A stretch of 57,453 nt of DNA, the filler included, from Basidioascus undulatus (lineage: Eukaryota), in NCBI GenBank assembly GCA_000826855.1. It is 7 parts of 7 records of this genome, joined end to end, with 100 filler letters (N's around TTAATTAATTAA, not from the genome) between each part and the next. Parts side by side here need not be neighbours in the genome. Positions count along the whole stretch, not along the records: positions 32,915 to 41,030 come from JTLS01001438.1; positions 41,131 to 49,244 come from JTLS01001439.1; positions 49,345 to 57,453 come from JTLS01001440.1; 4 more parts are not named here. One strand, given 5' to 3'. This document shows, in pieces, positions 38,227 through 49,902 of this stretch (positions are counted from its first letter, which is position 1; each line of letters begins with the position of its first letter). A program made the translations under genes and the position numbers. Under the pieces are notes generated by a model. It ran no database searches. It was not told the origin of the DNA and saw nothing but the letters and a program-made list of their open reading frames with translations.

Positions 38227-40934
38227 ATGTCCGACCTGCCCTCCCCATGCTCGCCCTCCCGGCGCCCCTCTGTCCCCTGGTCCCGCACTTCCACCCTCAC
38301 CCTCGACGGCCCGACCCGCGTACCCTCGCCCGACCCCGCGTACGACGGGCGGTCCTTAGCCTCGAAGAAGGCTGAGCGAGTGAACGAGGCGCCGGACGAG
38401 GAGCTCGAGCTCGAGAAGCAGACGAGCCGGATCGGCCTCGACGATGTCCCGCTCGAGCCGCGGCGGAGCATCTTGGAGATGACGCAGAGGCTCGAGAAGG
38501 ACCCGAACTTGGTGGAGTTTGATATTGACGACCCGGAGAATCCAAGTGCGTACTGTCTCGGTTGGCTGGCGTTGGAGACGGTGAGGTTGATGATTTTGTG
38601 CTTGTTTCAGAAAACTGGTTAAAACCCTACAAATGGTTCTTGACAATCTTCTCTAGTATCCTCATCCTTAACGCGTGAGTAACGCGTCGGCTATTCTTGG
38701 GCCTCTCGCGGATGCTGAGAGAGCGCACTCCGCCACCAAACATCAGCACCTTCGCCTCCTCCTCCTCCTCCGCCGCCCTCGCCGACATCGCCCGATCCCT
38801 ACACGTCAAGACCATCGAAGGGATCTGCACAGTCAGCCTGTTCCTGACAGGCTATGTGCTCGGACCTCTCCTCTGGGCACCCTTGTCGTGCGTCTTCTCT
38901 CGCTCATCCCACCCAATGTAATGCGTGGTGTACTGATGGGTGAGCAGTGAGATCTACGGACGTCGCCCCATTTTCCTTATTACCTTCGGCGGGTACACCG
39001 CCCTCCAGATCGGCTGCGCACTCGCGAAGAACATCGAGACGCTGCTTGTATGCCGGTTGATCGGTGCGTCTTCCTTCTGCCTTCCCCGGATTGGCTGTTT
39101 CCCTGACCTTGTCGCTTCCCGTGTAGCTGGGACTTTCGCCGCTAGTCCGCTCACCAATTCGGGTGGCGTCTTGTGCGTGTTGGAGAGATTCGGAAGTGTG
39201 GATGGCGAGTGCTTAGAGGCGAGCGACGTTTAATAGGACGGACATCTGGGTCAATAACGAGCGCGGAACACCCATGGCTGTGCATAGCAATTCTTCCCAT
39301 CTCAGCTTCCAGACGTATGGCTAATGCTGAGCGACTGTCCTACAGATCTTCGCGCTCGCGCCGTTCCTGGGTCCTGTATTAGGGGTGCGTCTTCGCTTGC
39401 TACGCTCGCACTCGCCAATTTCTTCCCATGCTGACAATGTAAAACCATACAGCCGATCTGTGGTGGCTTTGTACGTATATTTTAAAGGTCTCCCAGCCGC
39501 TGTCGGCGGCGCCCGGTACGGCTTCCGGGCAGACGTTCTGACGCTTTTCCCCTTTCGTTCTCCAGATTGGCATAACTGTCGGATGGCAATGGGTTCGTCC
39601 TTTTTAGCTGTCTTTCTTATTTTCGGTTCATTAGCTGACTCCTGCTACTGTAGGTCTTCTGGGTCCTGCTCATTTGTACGGCTGCTCGCGCCTTTCCTCT
39701 CCAAGCCAGCGCAGAACCCAGCTCACCCTCCTCTCGGAAACAGTCGCCGGCGTCTGCTACGTCGGCATCATCTTCCTCCTTCCCGTGCGTTGGAGTTCCG
39801 TACAATCAGGCATTCCATCCTCCGAGCTAAGCACGCCCCGCGCCTCTCAACAGGAAACCTACCCGCCCGTCTTGCTCCTGCAGAAGGCGCGCCGCCTCCG
39901 GAAGGAGACGGGCAACGACGCGCTCTTTGCGCCGCAGGAGCACGACACGCGCACGATGGGCGAGATCCTCAAGGTCGCGCTCACGCGGCCGATCCTCATG
40001 CTCTTCACCGAGCCTCTTGTCGCGCTCACGTCCGTCTACGTCGCGGTCGTGTACGGTGTGCTTTACAGTACGTCTTTCCTCTTCCTTCCTCTCTCACAAC
40101 CATCAAATGCTCATATTTCACTGCTACAGTGCTCTTCGAGGCCTTCCCAATCGGCACGTCCTCCCTAGCGGGCGTCTTCGCACACAGCCCAGCTGCTAAC
40201 CTCTCACCTCGCGTCTACGCAGTCTTCGAAGGCGTGCACGGCTTCAACTCCGGAGAGTCGGGCCTGACATTTATTAGCGTTGGCGTCGGCGTCTTTCTCG
40301 CGTTCCTCATCTCGCTCTACTTCGACGCGCGCTACGTCCGCATCGCGAAGGCCAACGGCGGTCGCGCACCCGCCGAGGCGCGCCTGCCTCAGACCTTCCT
40401 CGTTGGTGGTCCGGCGTTTGTTATTGGCATGTTTTGGTGAGTTCAAGTAGCGCAAATTATGCGCGCGCGTGGGAGAGGTCAAGAGCTGACAGGACGGCGG
40501 CAACAGGTTTGCGTGGACGTCGTACCCCTTCATCCACTGGATCGCGCCGGCTGTAGCTGGTATTCCTATCGGCCTGGGAGTTGTGCTCCTTTTCATGTCC
40601 TTCCTTTCGTACCTTGCCGAGTACGTTACTTCTTCCTCCATGCTTCCCGCCCTGTCCCCTACCTCCCTACTCACGCAGGTTAGCTAATGAGCGTCCCCTG
40701 CCTCGCAGCGCGTATACAGCCTACGCCGCATCTGCTCTTGCCGCAAACACTGTCTCACGCTCCGTTTTAGGTGCATCATTCCCCCTGTTCGCGCAGAATA
40801 TGTTCGCTGGGATGCAAGTTAAATGGGCCGGCACCCTCCTCGCCTGCATCGGGCTGGTCCTCCTTCCCGTCCCTTACTTCTTCTACGTACGCGGCGGACA
40901 GCTTAGGCAGCGCAGCAGATTTGCTGCGGCTTAG
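38227..40934 (+). CDS. MFS drug:H+ antiporter-1 (TPO/FLR-like) transporter, very intron-rich
   Basis: DDPENP/NW, GYVLGPLLWAPLSEIYGRRP, PETYPPVLL..KARRLRKETG, RPILMLFTEP, PAEARL, YAASALAANT..RS..GASFPLF. Confidence 0.93.
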
Positions 40935-41030
40935 AATATTGTGACATGCACTTCGTTTGGTTCGTTTGCGTGAGCTTTATCGGCCCGTGTTGCGACATGA
41001 AGCGCTGCGTGTCGCCTCGAGTACGGGTTG

Positions 41031-41130
41031 NNNNNNNNNNNNNNNNNNNNNNNNNNNNNNNNNNNNNNNNNNNNTTAATTAATTAANNNNNNNNNNNNNN
41101 NNNNNNNNNNNNNNNNNNNNNNNNNNNNNN
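41031..41130. other. Artificial contig linker
   Basis: Same 100-bp spacer. Confidence 0.99.
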
Positions 41131-42448
41131 TGCGCCCCCTCCCTTCTCTCCAACCCCTTCCCCCCTTGCCTTCTCACTCCTCTGCTTCTCACTCCTCTTT
41201 CCTCCCCCTCCTCACCTCCCCTCCCCCAACCAGTTTCTTCGGCGCCCGCCTCGTCCGGCGCACCATCCGCTCTCGCTCCATCTCATTCATCGACCCCACT
41301 ACCCCCCCCACGCTCGAGGAGTCCAAGCCCATCCCCAGCCCCGCCTGCGCGCACGGCTTGCAGCCCAAGGTGGTTGGAGGGGAGGAGAGCAGCAAGCAGG
41401 CGTACTTTGATGTGTGCCTGTTGGAGTCTGGTGAGTCGTGTGGGAAGCTGGGGTGGGTGGAGTGGAGGCTGAGAGGAGGACGCGAATGGGGATGCGTAGG
41501 AATCGTGTTTCATAGTGTTATGGTGGGCGTTACGCTTGGCGCGAGCGCGGGGGACGGGTGGTTGGCGCTGTTTATTGGTATGTCTTTCTTCCCTCCCAGC
41601 TCGTCAGCCCTCCCGCTGCCCATTAACACCCGTTCTCGCCTCCCCAGCGACATGCTTCCACCAATTCGTCGGTACGCCCCTTCCTCCCCCTCACGCTCTC
41701 CTCCCTCCCTCAACCTCATCTCACCCCTCCCTCCCCGCCGCACAGAGGGACTCGGCCTCGGCTCGCGCATCGGCGTCCTGAGCCTGTCCAAGCTCAAGCT
41801 CACGAGCATGTGCACCGCGTTCGCTGTGCGTCTGACCCCCTTCCTTCCTGTCCCTTTCTTCCTCTACCCTCTACCCTCTCCTCTTCTCCCCCTGTCTCCC
41901 CTGTCTCCCCTCTACCCTCTCCGCTCCTCTCCTCTCTCCCATCTCTTCCCTCTCGACCCTCTCTTTCCCCCATGAATAGAACGTATCGGATCTGATGGGA
42001 GGTGGGATCGCGGCGGGCAGCTCATCACCTCCATCGGGATCGGGATCGGGATCGGCGTGCACGCGACGTGGAACGAGAACGACCGGACGAGCCTGCTCGT
42101 CATTGGCACGCTCGACTGCATCTCTGCTGGTATTTTGTGCGTCTCCTTTAACCTTCCCTTTCCCTTCCGCCTTACCTTCCTCTTGCCTCGCACTTTCCTT
42201 TCCCCACCCCCGAGCTGACACGCCCTCCGACACAGGCTTTACGCAGGCCTCATCCAGCTGCTAGCGCACGACTTTATCTATGGCGAGATGCGCGACGCCC
42301 CAACAGGGAAGGTTGTCATGGCGCTGTCGGCTGTTGCGCTCGGGTCGGCGATCATGAGCCTCATCGGTGCGTACCTGTCCCCTCCCTCCTCCTCCCTTTC
42401 TTTGCGAATACTGAATCGATCGGCGGAGGAATAGGGAAATGGGCTTAG
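41131..42448 (+). CDS. ZIP-family (Zrt/Irt) zinc transporter, 3' part
   Basis: LLES/GIVFHSVMVGVTLG, CFHQF/EGLGLGSRI, GIGIG, LDCISAG, QLLAHDF, MSLI/GKWA*. Confidence 0.93.
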
Positions 42449-43016
42449 AGCGAAACAAAATGAGAAGGGAGAGGAGGGGAGGTGGGAGAGCGGGGGCGGA
42501 GTGGAGGAGATGCTGCAACTTTTTTTTTTTTTCGCAACGCATCGGACAATTAACATGTAGATTATGTTGTACTTGTACGCGCTCATACCTCGTTGAACTA
42601 CGTAGCATTTTAGCATCGTGGGTTTGGTGTGTGGGCGCTGAGGTGCTGCGAGGGTGTTGCGAGGGGTGTGCATCGAATGGGCGGTTGGGCGTTGGGTTTC
42701 TTTGAGGGAGTGTGCGAATGGGCGAGCCAGAAGTCAGTGAGATGCTGAAAAGCAATCACCGGAGGAAAAATCGTCAGAATGAGGATGTAGTCAAATGTAG
42801 CTACCGTTGCTCGCTGATGGTGAGGATATTCGGAAGGGAAAGCAGGCCGTGAGCGTGGGCTACCTATGGGTCCGTCCAAGTGAAGGGTGGGGGGGGGTGT
42901 TGCTAAACTCGCAGCACACTATTCCCTTGTTGTTGGAGAACAGGGCATCGTCGAGAAAGTGTCAAAAGTTGTATGCAGTCTGGGTCGGGTTTGCAAGTTC
43001 GGCGAGCGTTTTCAAC

Positions 43017-43097
43017 GGCCTGATGGTCTAGTAGTATGATTTTCCCTTAGGGCTTGCCGACTGGGAGAGGTCCCGGGTTCAATTCCCGGTCAGGCCC
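43017..43097 (+). tRNA. tRNA-Pro(AGG) with 9-nt intron
   Basis: Exons identical to 11198-11277; intron CTTGCCGAC. Confidence 0.95.
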
Positions 43098-45166
43098 ATT
43101 GTTTTTTCTACCTTTTTGTAGAGTACTCGAATCCGGGAGGAAAGCCTCAAGCAGAGCCGAGCAGAGCGCGATGCGTGCGGGCGTGCTGTGGATGCATCAG
43201 TCTCCGCGTCGATGAGGGCAGGACTTGGCAGGACGACCTTTGTTCATTGAGGCTACATTCAAAGCATTTCAATAAAACTCAAAGTGGCGCCTCAAACCTT
43301 ACTAAACTACATCTTGGAGCCATTCCTTTTCAGTGGCCCGGCGTCTGGATCACATCGGTGCGCTACCACTCCACTCCGCAAGTCTGTTGCCGGTTCCTGG
43401 ACCAGGAGAATACAAACCACTTCCACTCCTCATTGCTTCCGTTGTGTGGGCCCACCAGCCTGAGGTGGCAACCCGCCGTTCGCCGGCGAGGCTGTACTGG
43501 TGCTGGTGCTCGGCGCATGGGGACAGACCTTCACAACCCTTTCCCTCAGCGGGGTTCCTGTTCAACATTCCCCCTCAACTCATCTGAACTTCAGTATTGG
43601 CTAATGTCCAAATTCATTCCACAATCACCCTCTCCTTCCTCTGCCTCGCTACCGCCGCCGCAGCGGCGCAAGACCTCGCTGCGCAGATCAAGGTGCTCAA
43701 CAATGCGAGTACTGCCGCAGAGCGATAGTGAGTGGCTGTTTCAGAAAGGGGAGGTGAAAGCTCACCATTTTTTTGGTCGGATGTGATTGCATGACCCCCC
43801 GCGTCACTCTGACACCGCAGAACAGTACTATCGTTTCGTAGCGTGTCCACACCGTCAATAGAGTCCGAGTGTTCTTTCTTGGAAGGTGGATGCGGCGGGC
43901 GTTGCCAATACTAGGTCAGTTTGACTCGGAAAGCGGACATGTTTGATAGTCTGACTCCGCTTGTTCTGCAAGGAAGTGAAAGCTCATTATTGCCGACCTT
44001 GCATATCGGGCAGGCGACAGCGTATCGTTCTGAAGAAGAGCGGCTTGCTGCATCAAGCGGGAATCAAGCCATCGTGAACTGCTCCATGTTTTATAACAAT
44101 AACTCGAGTCTAGACCGTGGTGAGACAGTACAGAGGATAACAATGATGAGGGGCAGGCGGTCCACTCAAAGGGGCGTCAAGCGGAAAAGCTTGCGGGTTG
44201 TGTGTGCAGAAGTGGGAGAAACGGCACGAGGACAAGGAGCGACCGAGACCAAGAAACTTGCGTAAAGACGTCTCGAATAGAGAGACTGTCAGTGGACTGC
44301 TCGTCAGCAAAGAGAAGGCATTCTGAGGACACTGCGGAGTTGAAAACATGGACTTACATGGCGGAGGTGACCTCCTGGCGGTAACGGCTGTATTCTGGAG
44401 CAATAAGTAAGAACATATGTAATTGGGCTACTCTCTACTCTAGCCGAGTACAAGACGGACCGATCAGCATTAGCACCATGTCCTTGAAGACCGTCGCAGC
44501 CGAGTGCACCTCCAACCACCCCTCGTACTCTGGGCCCCAGAGGAAGGCTTTCATTCTGCAGAAAGCCGCCCATCTCCCGCTTTGCGATTATGTCCCGCAG
44601 CAGTGGGTAGAACTCCTCGTCGACCTCGGGCTCGAACCGCGCATCGGGCGGGACATGTTGGGTAGAATCGCTGGAGCCGGGGACCGATGACTCTGAGGAG
44701 GGATCTGAGGTGTGGGGCGTGCGGTAGGAGAGGCGTGAGCACAGAGTGAGAAGGCGCCATTGTCGGGATAGCGGGTTAGCAGGAGATGTATGGGGTTTGG
44801 AGTAAGGGAAAGGAGGAGTTGCGAGTTGGGGGACGGATACAAAAGCAGTTCGGTTCGGCGCGATGCGTTGTTTCAAACGAGCGTACCCCTTCTAGCTTCA
44901 CGTATCACTGAGGATTATCGCTACACACACCTTTCTTCTGAAAAGACGTCCGCTTTCCGTTGCAGCAAAAATAATGGATGGGCTCCTTGCCGACTGGTTC
45001 CCATTAGTACGCGATGCAGAAGTCATTTCGTAGCTGTCACAGGGCAGAAAGTGAACATGAAAGGTGTTTCCAAACCCCTTCGGATGGCAACTCTGACACG
45101 AAGCAGATCGTGGACTACTTCATGTGATAGTCTGAGATTGAGTGATAGTATGAGACTAAGAACGTC

Positions 45167-45239
45167 GGCCGCTTAACTCAGTTGGTAGAGTGTTTGCTTA
45201 ACACGCAAAATGTCGCAGGATCGAGCCCTGCAGTGGTCA
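45167..45239 (+). tRNA. tRNA-Val(AAC), intronless
   Basis: Full cloverleaf with paired ACTC/GAGT D-stem; T-run downstream. Confidence 0.93.
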
Positions 45240-47369
45240 TTTACTTTTTACTTTCTTTTGAACCTTGGACGCTGCGACAGGTCTCACCAGGCAAGCCGGC
45301 GTTTCTTTGCTTCTTCGTCTTTCGACGACAACACTGGCCCCTGCCGTCGAAGGGCGAACCCTTACGCTCGTCAAATTCGCGGCAAGAAATGTGTTGGAAT
45401 GCGTGCAATCCACTCTCGTACATGTACAGGCCGGGTGGGCTGCATTGCTGTGTTACACGCATCGTACTACCACCGCGTCGTCTGGCGCTCGTGTTGCCCC
45501 AGTCGTGTCCGCGATGGGGCAGTCTTTCTATAAGGAGCAAGTCTCGAGGAAAGTGGGCTCAAATAATTGAAACCCTACTGGCGATGTCTTAAGAAAAGTT
45601 CTGAGACGATACCTTCCGATGTTATCGCGGTAGTCTCCGCAGGCGCAGAAGTGCTGTTGACCTTCCATCGGCCGGCATGCTGCAGAAAAGCTAGAATAGT
45701 GCTTCTGATAATGTGTACTTCAGTTATTTTTTGCTGGTCATGATATACCTTAGCAAGCTCTTGGTAAAGGGTTCCGTGAAACTGCGACGTTCTGTCGGCA
45801 GACTGCGCACAGGCGTACAACGCCTGGACAGGGTACAATAGTCTATGCTTCTGTAGGCCTGTTATTCAGTTGTGTTTCCGGGACAGATTTAATGAATGGT
45901 TGATAGCGGCTCTAGACGCAGGTCCACTGTCAACTTCGGGCGTTCGCAAACACTCTGTCCCTCTACATTCTGTACAGCTTGCCCGTCGCACCGGCTACAG
46001 GGGCTTGCTTTTCCAGAAGTCTCATAAGTAGAATTAACATACAGCTCTCGTCAGATTTGATCGAGACAAGAGCGAGCAATCCTTCTCGGTGTTGCTTTCT
46101 CTGGCTGAACGCCAACCAGGATGACTGACTTGCACTCCGGTTAGTCATACGGAGGTAGCATCAAAAATTTAATTTATACATTTGGCTCTCTCATCAGTGT
46201 CCGACACCCAGGGGCAGTTTGAGTAGGTACGCCGGACTGTCACCAGCAAAGGCATCGTCTTCGCGATTGTCACTTGGCCCATTGTCGGCAGCACTTTTCA
46301 GCACTCTTATATCGTGTAATCGCCTAATACTTACTCAGGGTAGGGTTGAATTTAAGTTTCCCCTTCATCGACAAGTGTACGCACCACAACTTGTACTCAA
46401 CTTTGATAGTCACTTGTCAACCAGGGCGGGAGCAGCCGTTTAAGAGTCCAATCTCGTCCCGAGCCAGAGAAGAAAGTTTGATCATTTGAATCTCACTGTG
46501 TCTCAGCCTTTACTCAGGGAGGCTCTGTGAGAGGCGATAGTATATTCTGCGGCACGCTCCCAACACACTCCAGCTGTGCAGGCCGCGCAGCAGCCTGCCT
46601 CTTCCAATCACGTAGGGTTGAATGTGTTTTTCAGCTTATGTATCAGAGCTCTGCAGCTTCGGGCATGCCCATATATCATAACTCGAAGTTTCAGCTCCAA
46701 ACCTTGGCATCTGAAGTTTGCACTACATGGGAGTGGAACGACCAGATGTGCTTGGCACTACCTCGGTAAGTCTCGTATGATAATGACCCGAAACTACCTT
46801 CAAGATATACGAGGCTGTAAAAAAGTCTGAAATCTAATGTTATGCCTGGGGTGGGCGGTGGTGGGGATGTGTGCAACAGATAAACCAAGCAGAACTTTAT
46901 GAGCTACAGTGCGGACAGCTCACATTGTACCGCCACAAGCTTTCTATTTATTTATTTATTTCAAAAAAGGAATCTTCGACCTGCCAAATCGGCTACCATT
47001 CCGAACCTTAAATGTTGTTCACAACGGGTAGCTAGCATCTTTTCGTATGTGTCTCGGCATTCTTTTGTGCTAGGATTGGGTACTGCCGTAGTAGCCAGAG
47101 CAGTCGAATCTTAGATATAGACAAACTACGTTTCATCTTATAATTGCGTTGTGGAGTTCAGAGGCAGTGCCAGATCTTCTTGTTGCGGTTGCACATCATT
47201 CGACCGCAGGCGGCGCTGGCGGCCTGCGCGGCCTACCTGCTGCCTCTTGATCTGTCTCCAACTATCGATCTAGCATGGACCCCACCCAAATTGAGGCGTG
47301 GACACTCTGCTGGCATTGCCTACACAAAAAAAGAGTATTTTGCTGCATGCATTAAAGGAGCAAAACTTT

Positions 47370-47485
47370 TGACGAGAGCGGGATTTGAACCCGCGCCACT
47401 TGCGTGATCGGGACTGTTCCTTCAAGGGATAGGAAATCTTATCGAAGATTGAATCCGACGCCTTAGACCACTCGGCCATCTCGCC
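47370..47485 (-). tRNA. tRNA-Leu(CAA) with 34-nt intron, atypical anticodon arm
   Basis: GGCGAGATGGCCGAGTGGTCTAAGGCG 5' half, long variable arm CAC-GCAA-GTG, GGTTCAAATCC, A73. Confidence 0.85.
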
Positions 47486-48969
47486 CATGGAGTGTTCTTC
47501 TCAAATGAAATACTTAACGTCAAGAGCGAGAAAGAACGAAGGCAAGGGCGAAACGGCGACGAGATCCGGCAGAAACCACGCTGCGAGGTAGAGCCGGACA
47601 GGCATTCAATACCCGCCACAGTCATCTAGTACGTAATTCCTATGCATAACCTCGGATGGATTGACAGGTTGACACCCCAGAATGAGCTGGCGGACTTGTG
47701 AAGTGCTCACAGCGTGTACCATGCTCATGCTGCACTGATTCGAACAGTGTGATAGTAGAAGTTGAAGTCCTAAAAATAAGCTGGTTGTGCTCGTTAGAAA
47801 ATACAACCCAAAAGTGTCCCCGTGCAAGAGCGAGAAAGAACAAAGGCAAGCGGACCAAACGACGAGTAGCGGCATCGGACGAGCCGTGCAGTTGGCGGTC
47901 TGCATATGTTGTGGCGCGTGATTGTGGGTAGGAGCGCTCTGAGGTAGCTCATCAAGGAATCTTGTTTTTATATGTGTTTTCTCATTAGGCATGAATTGAA
48001 GCGAAAGCCAGGCGGGAGGCCGGAGGAGGGGTGAGAGAGCTTCGGATGTGGGTTTGGGCAGCTTGAGGGAGGTGTCCGCAGAAATACGCTTTAAATAATG
48101 TCAGGATGCTTAGGGACTTTTAGGATGTAGATAATTCTTGTTAAAATATCCTTCCATTGAATGAACGGACGGCATGAGGGATTGACTGACTGCAGGGCTT
48201 GCGACTCGACAACCCCGGGTAACCTCGAAATTATTGTGTGATTCTAGAAACAGAAGTCCTGAATCTAGACTGTGATATACGTCTGATAAATGGGGGAGCA
48301 ATTCCAAGAAGTCGGGTTCCCTCTTCACATTGGGCACAGAGACGAATGGGATGGGCAGCCCTGGACAGCCCGCTCTTCTAGTCACACTTGGTCATTGGGC
48401 AGTGCTCTGAGGTCATCAACCAACAACCAAAAAAGAGTTTTGAGAATTCCAGCGGTTCTCTTGTCTCCCCCGAACAGCTTGACCCTGCGATCGGTGCCTG
48501 GTAGATGTGGGATGGATGTGTGGGCAGTGCGGCCGTACCGAGACAAGGGAGACGGAGTGCTCGTTTCGCTGGACTAATGGATGAGCAGTCTGAAGACATA
48601 GGAGAGCACTTCAAAAGTTATGAGATTATGTGATGAACAGGCCAGTCTAGTTGCTTCCTGTCCAATTAGATTGAGGCAGCTGTGGAAGGGGACTCGACAC
48701 CTGACGAAAATTGGCTGTGCAACAGGATTTCTGTCGCCTTGAACAGATTGCAAGGAGTCTCCGGCACGCTCGTAGGCTGCTTTCCGGTCCGGCACTGCTT
48801 CTAGTGTTTCAGGCACTATGGATTTGAAATTTAATTAGAGATCTCTCAATCGACGTTTTACCCTCAAGGAATGGGAACGGACATTGCTATCGAGAAAGAA
48901 TAGGGAGAAAAACTGTGACGAACAATGTACAGTCAGTCTATGTCGACAAGGTATGAAGTCTGCTGAGTA

Positions 48970-49217
48970 TCAAGAAGCGGCCTCGTCTGCAAGCTTCGCA
49001 ACTTGCGCAGCCCGTTCGAATTCCTCAACGTCGGTCGCGGTGAGCGTCCCGAAGTCGGGCCCAAACACCGCAAGATCCTCGATCTGGTTGGCCTCTGTCG
49101 AGCCCGTACTAAACCCGACAGGTCAGCACTGGCTCGTCGCGCTATCTTCGCGGAGACCAAAGTCAAAGCTTACACCACAGCCAGAATCCCCTTCGCCTTG
49201 AACCAAGCGAGGTTGGT
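48970..49217 (-). CDS. Aldo-keto reductase C-terminal fragment (truncated by contig edge; absent from the ORF track)
   Basis: Splicing out 49109-49173 (GTAAGC..TTTAG) gives TNLAWFKAKGILAVVTGSTEANQIEDLAVFGPDFGTLTATDVEEFERAA..*, matching the AKR 'LAW...G..V...S......E.L.VF...LT..D...I' tail. Confidence 0.65.
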
Positions 49218-49244
49218 CTGGCGGGTCGATCATGAGAACGTGAC

Positions 49245-49344
49245 NNNNNNNNNNNNNNNNNNNNNNNNNNNNNNNNNNNNNNNNNNNNTTAATTAATTAA
49301 NNNNNNNNNNNNNNNNNNNNNNNNNNNNNNNNNNNNNNNNNNNN
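49245..49344. other. Artificial contig linker
   Basis: Same 100-bp spacer. Confidence 0.99.
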
Positions 49345-49425
49345 TTTGGTAGTATAGTGGCTAGTATATCCGCTTGTCATTCAACCTGACCGCGGGCGAC
49401 CCGGGTTCAATTCCCGGCCAGAGAG
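49345..49425 (+). tRNA. tRNA-Asp(GTC) with 11-nt intron; first ~2 nt cut by contig edge
   Basis: TAGTATAGTGG D-arm, TCCGC-TT GTC A[TTCAACCTGAC]C-GCGGG, GGTTCAATTCC, G73, T-run. Confidence 0.92.
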
Positions 49426-49902
49426 ACCTTCTTTTTTTGGCTCATCATTACGGGTCGGTCCATGACATCAGGCGAAGGGGCGCAGATGCACAAGAAAGAA
49501 GAAACGTCTTCTGTTGATCCAACTAACTTTTCCGTTAACAGTATGGACCCACAATTAAAGGGAAAGGTAGGCACAAGTAGCCAGTCACTACGTCAAGATG
49601 CAGCGCAGTCGTAGCTGCAGTCGCGCAGACGAAAGCGTACAGGGACGGCTGCTCGTTTGATCTGGGTCATCCTCTAGCACCCGCTCCAAAATTCTGCCTC
49701 CAAAGCAAACATAAGCAGTAACGTGCAACATGCTCACGGACTGAACACCCTTGCAACGGTTTTCCAATTTCATGCAAGAACGCACGCTGCCTTCTCATCT
49801 AAAGTGACCGCCGTACGCGCAACTCAGAGCAGTCTGAATTTTGATGTTTCAACAGCTTCGTACACCAAAGTCACTGCCATGAACTTGCCCCATCTTCTCA
49901 TC

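Noticed and set aside
32915..42448. Metal-uptake cluster (ferric reductase + MFS + ZIP)
   Set aside because: The ZIP gene is on a different contig; the adjacency is an artefact of concatenation.
8148..49344. Regularly spaced (~8.2 kb) TTAATTAATTAA motif as a biological repeat
   Set aside because: It is embedded in N runs; an artificial linker between similar-length contigs (8147, 8119, 8132, 8116, 8116, 8114, 8109 bp).
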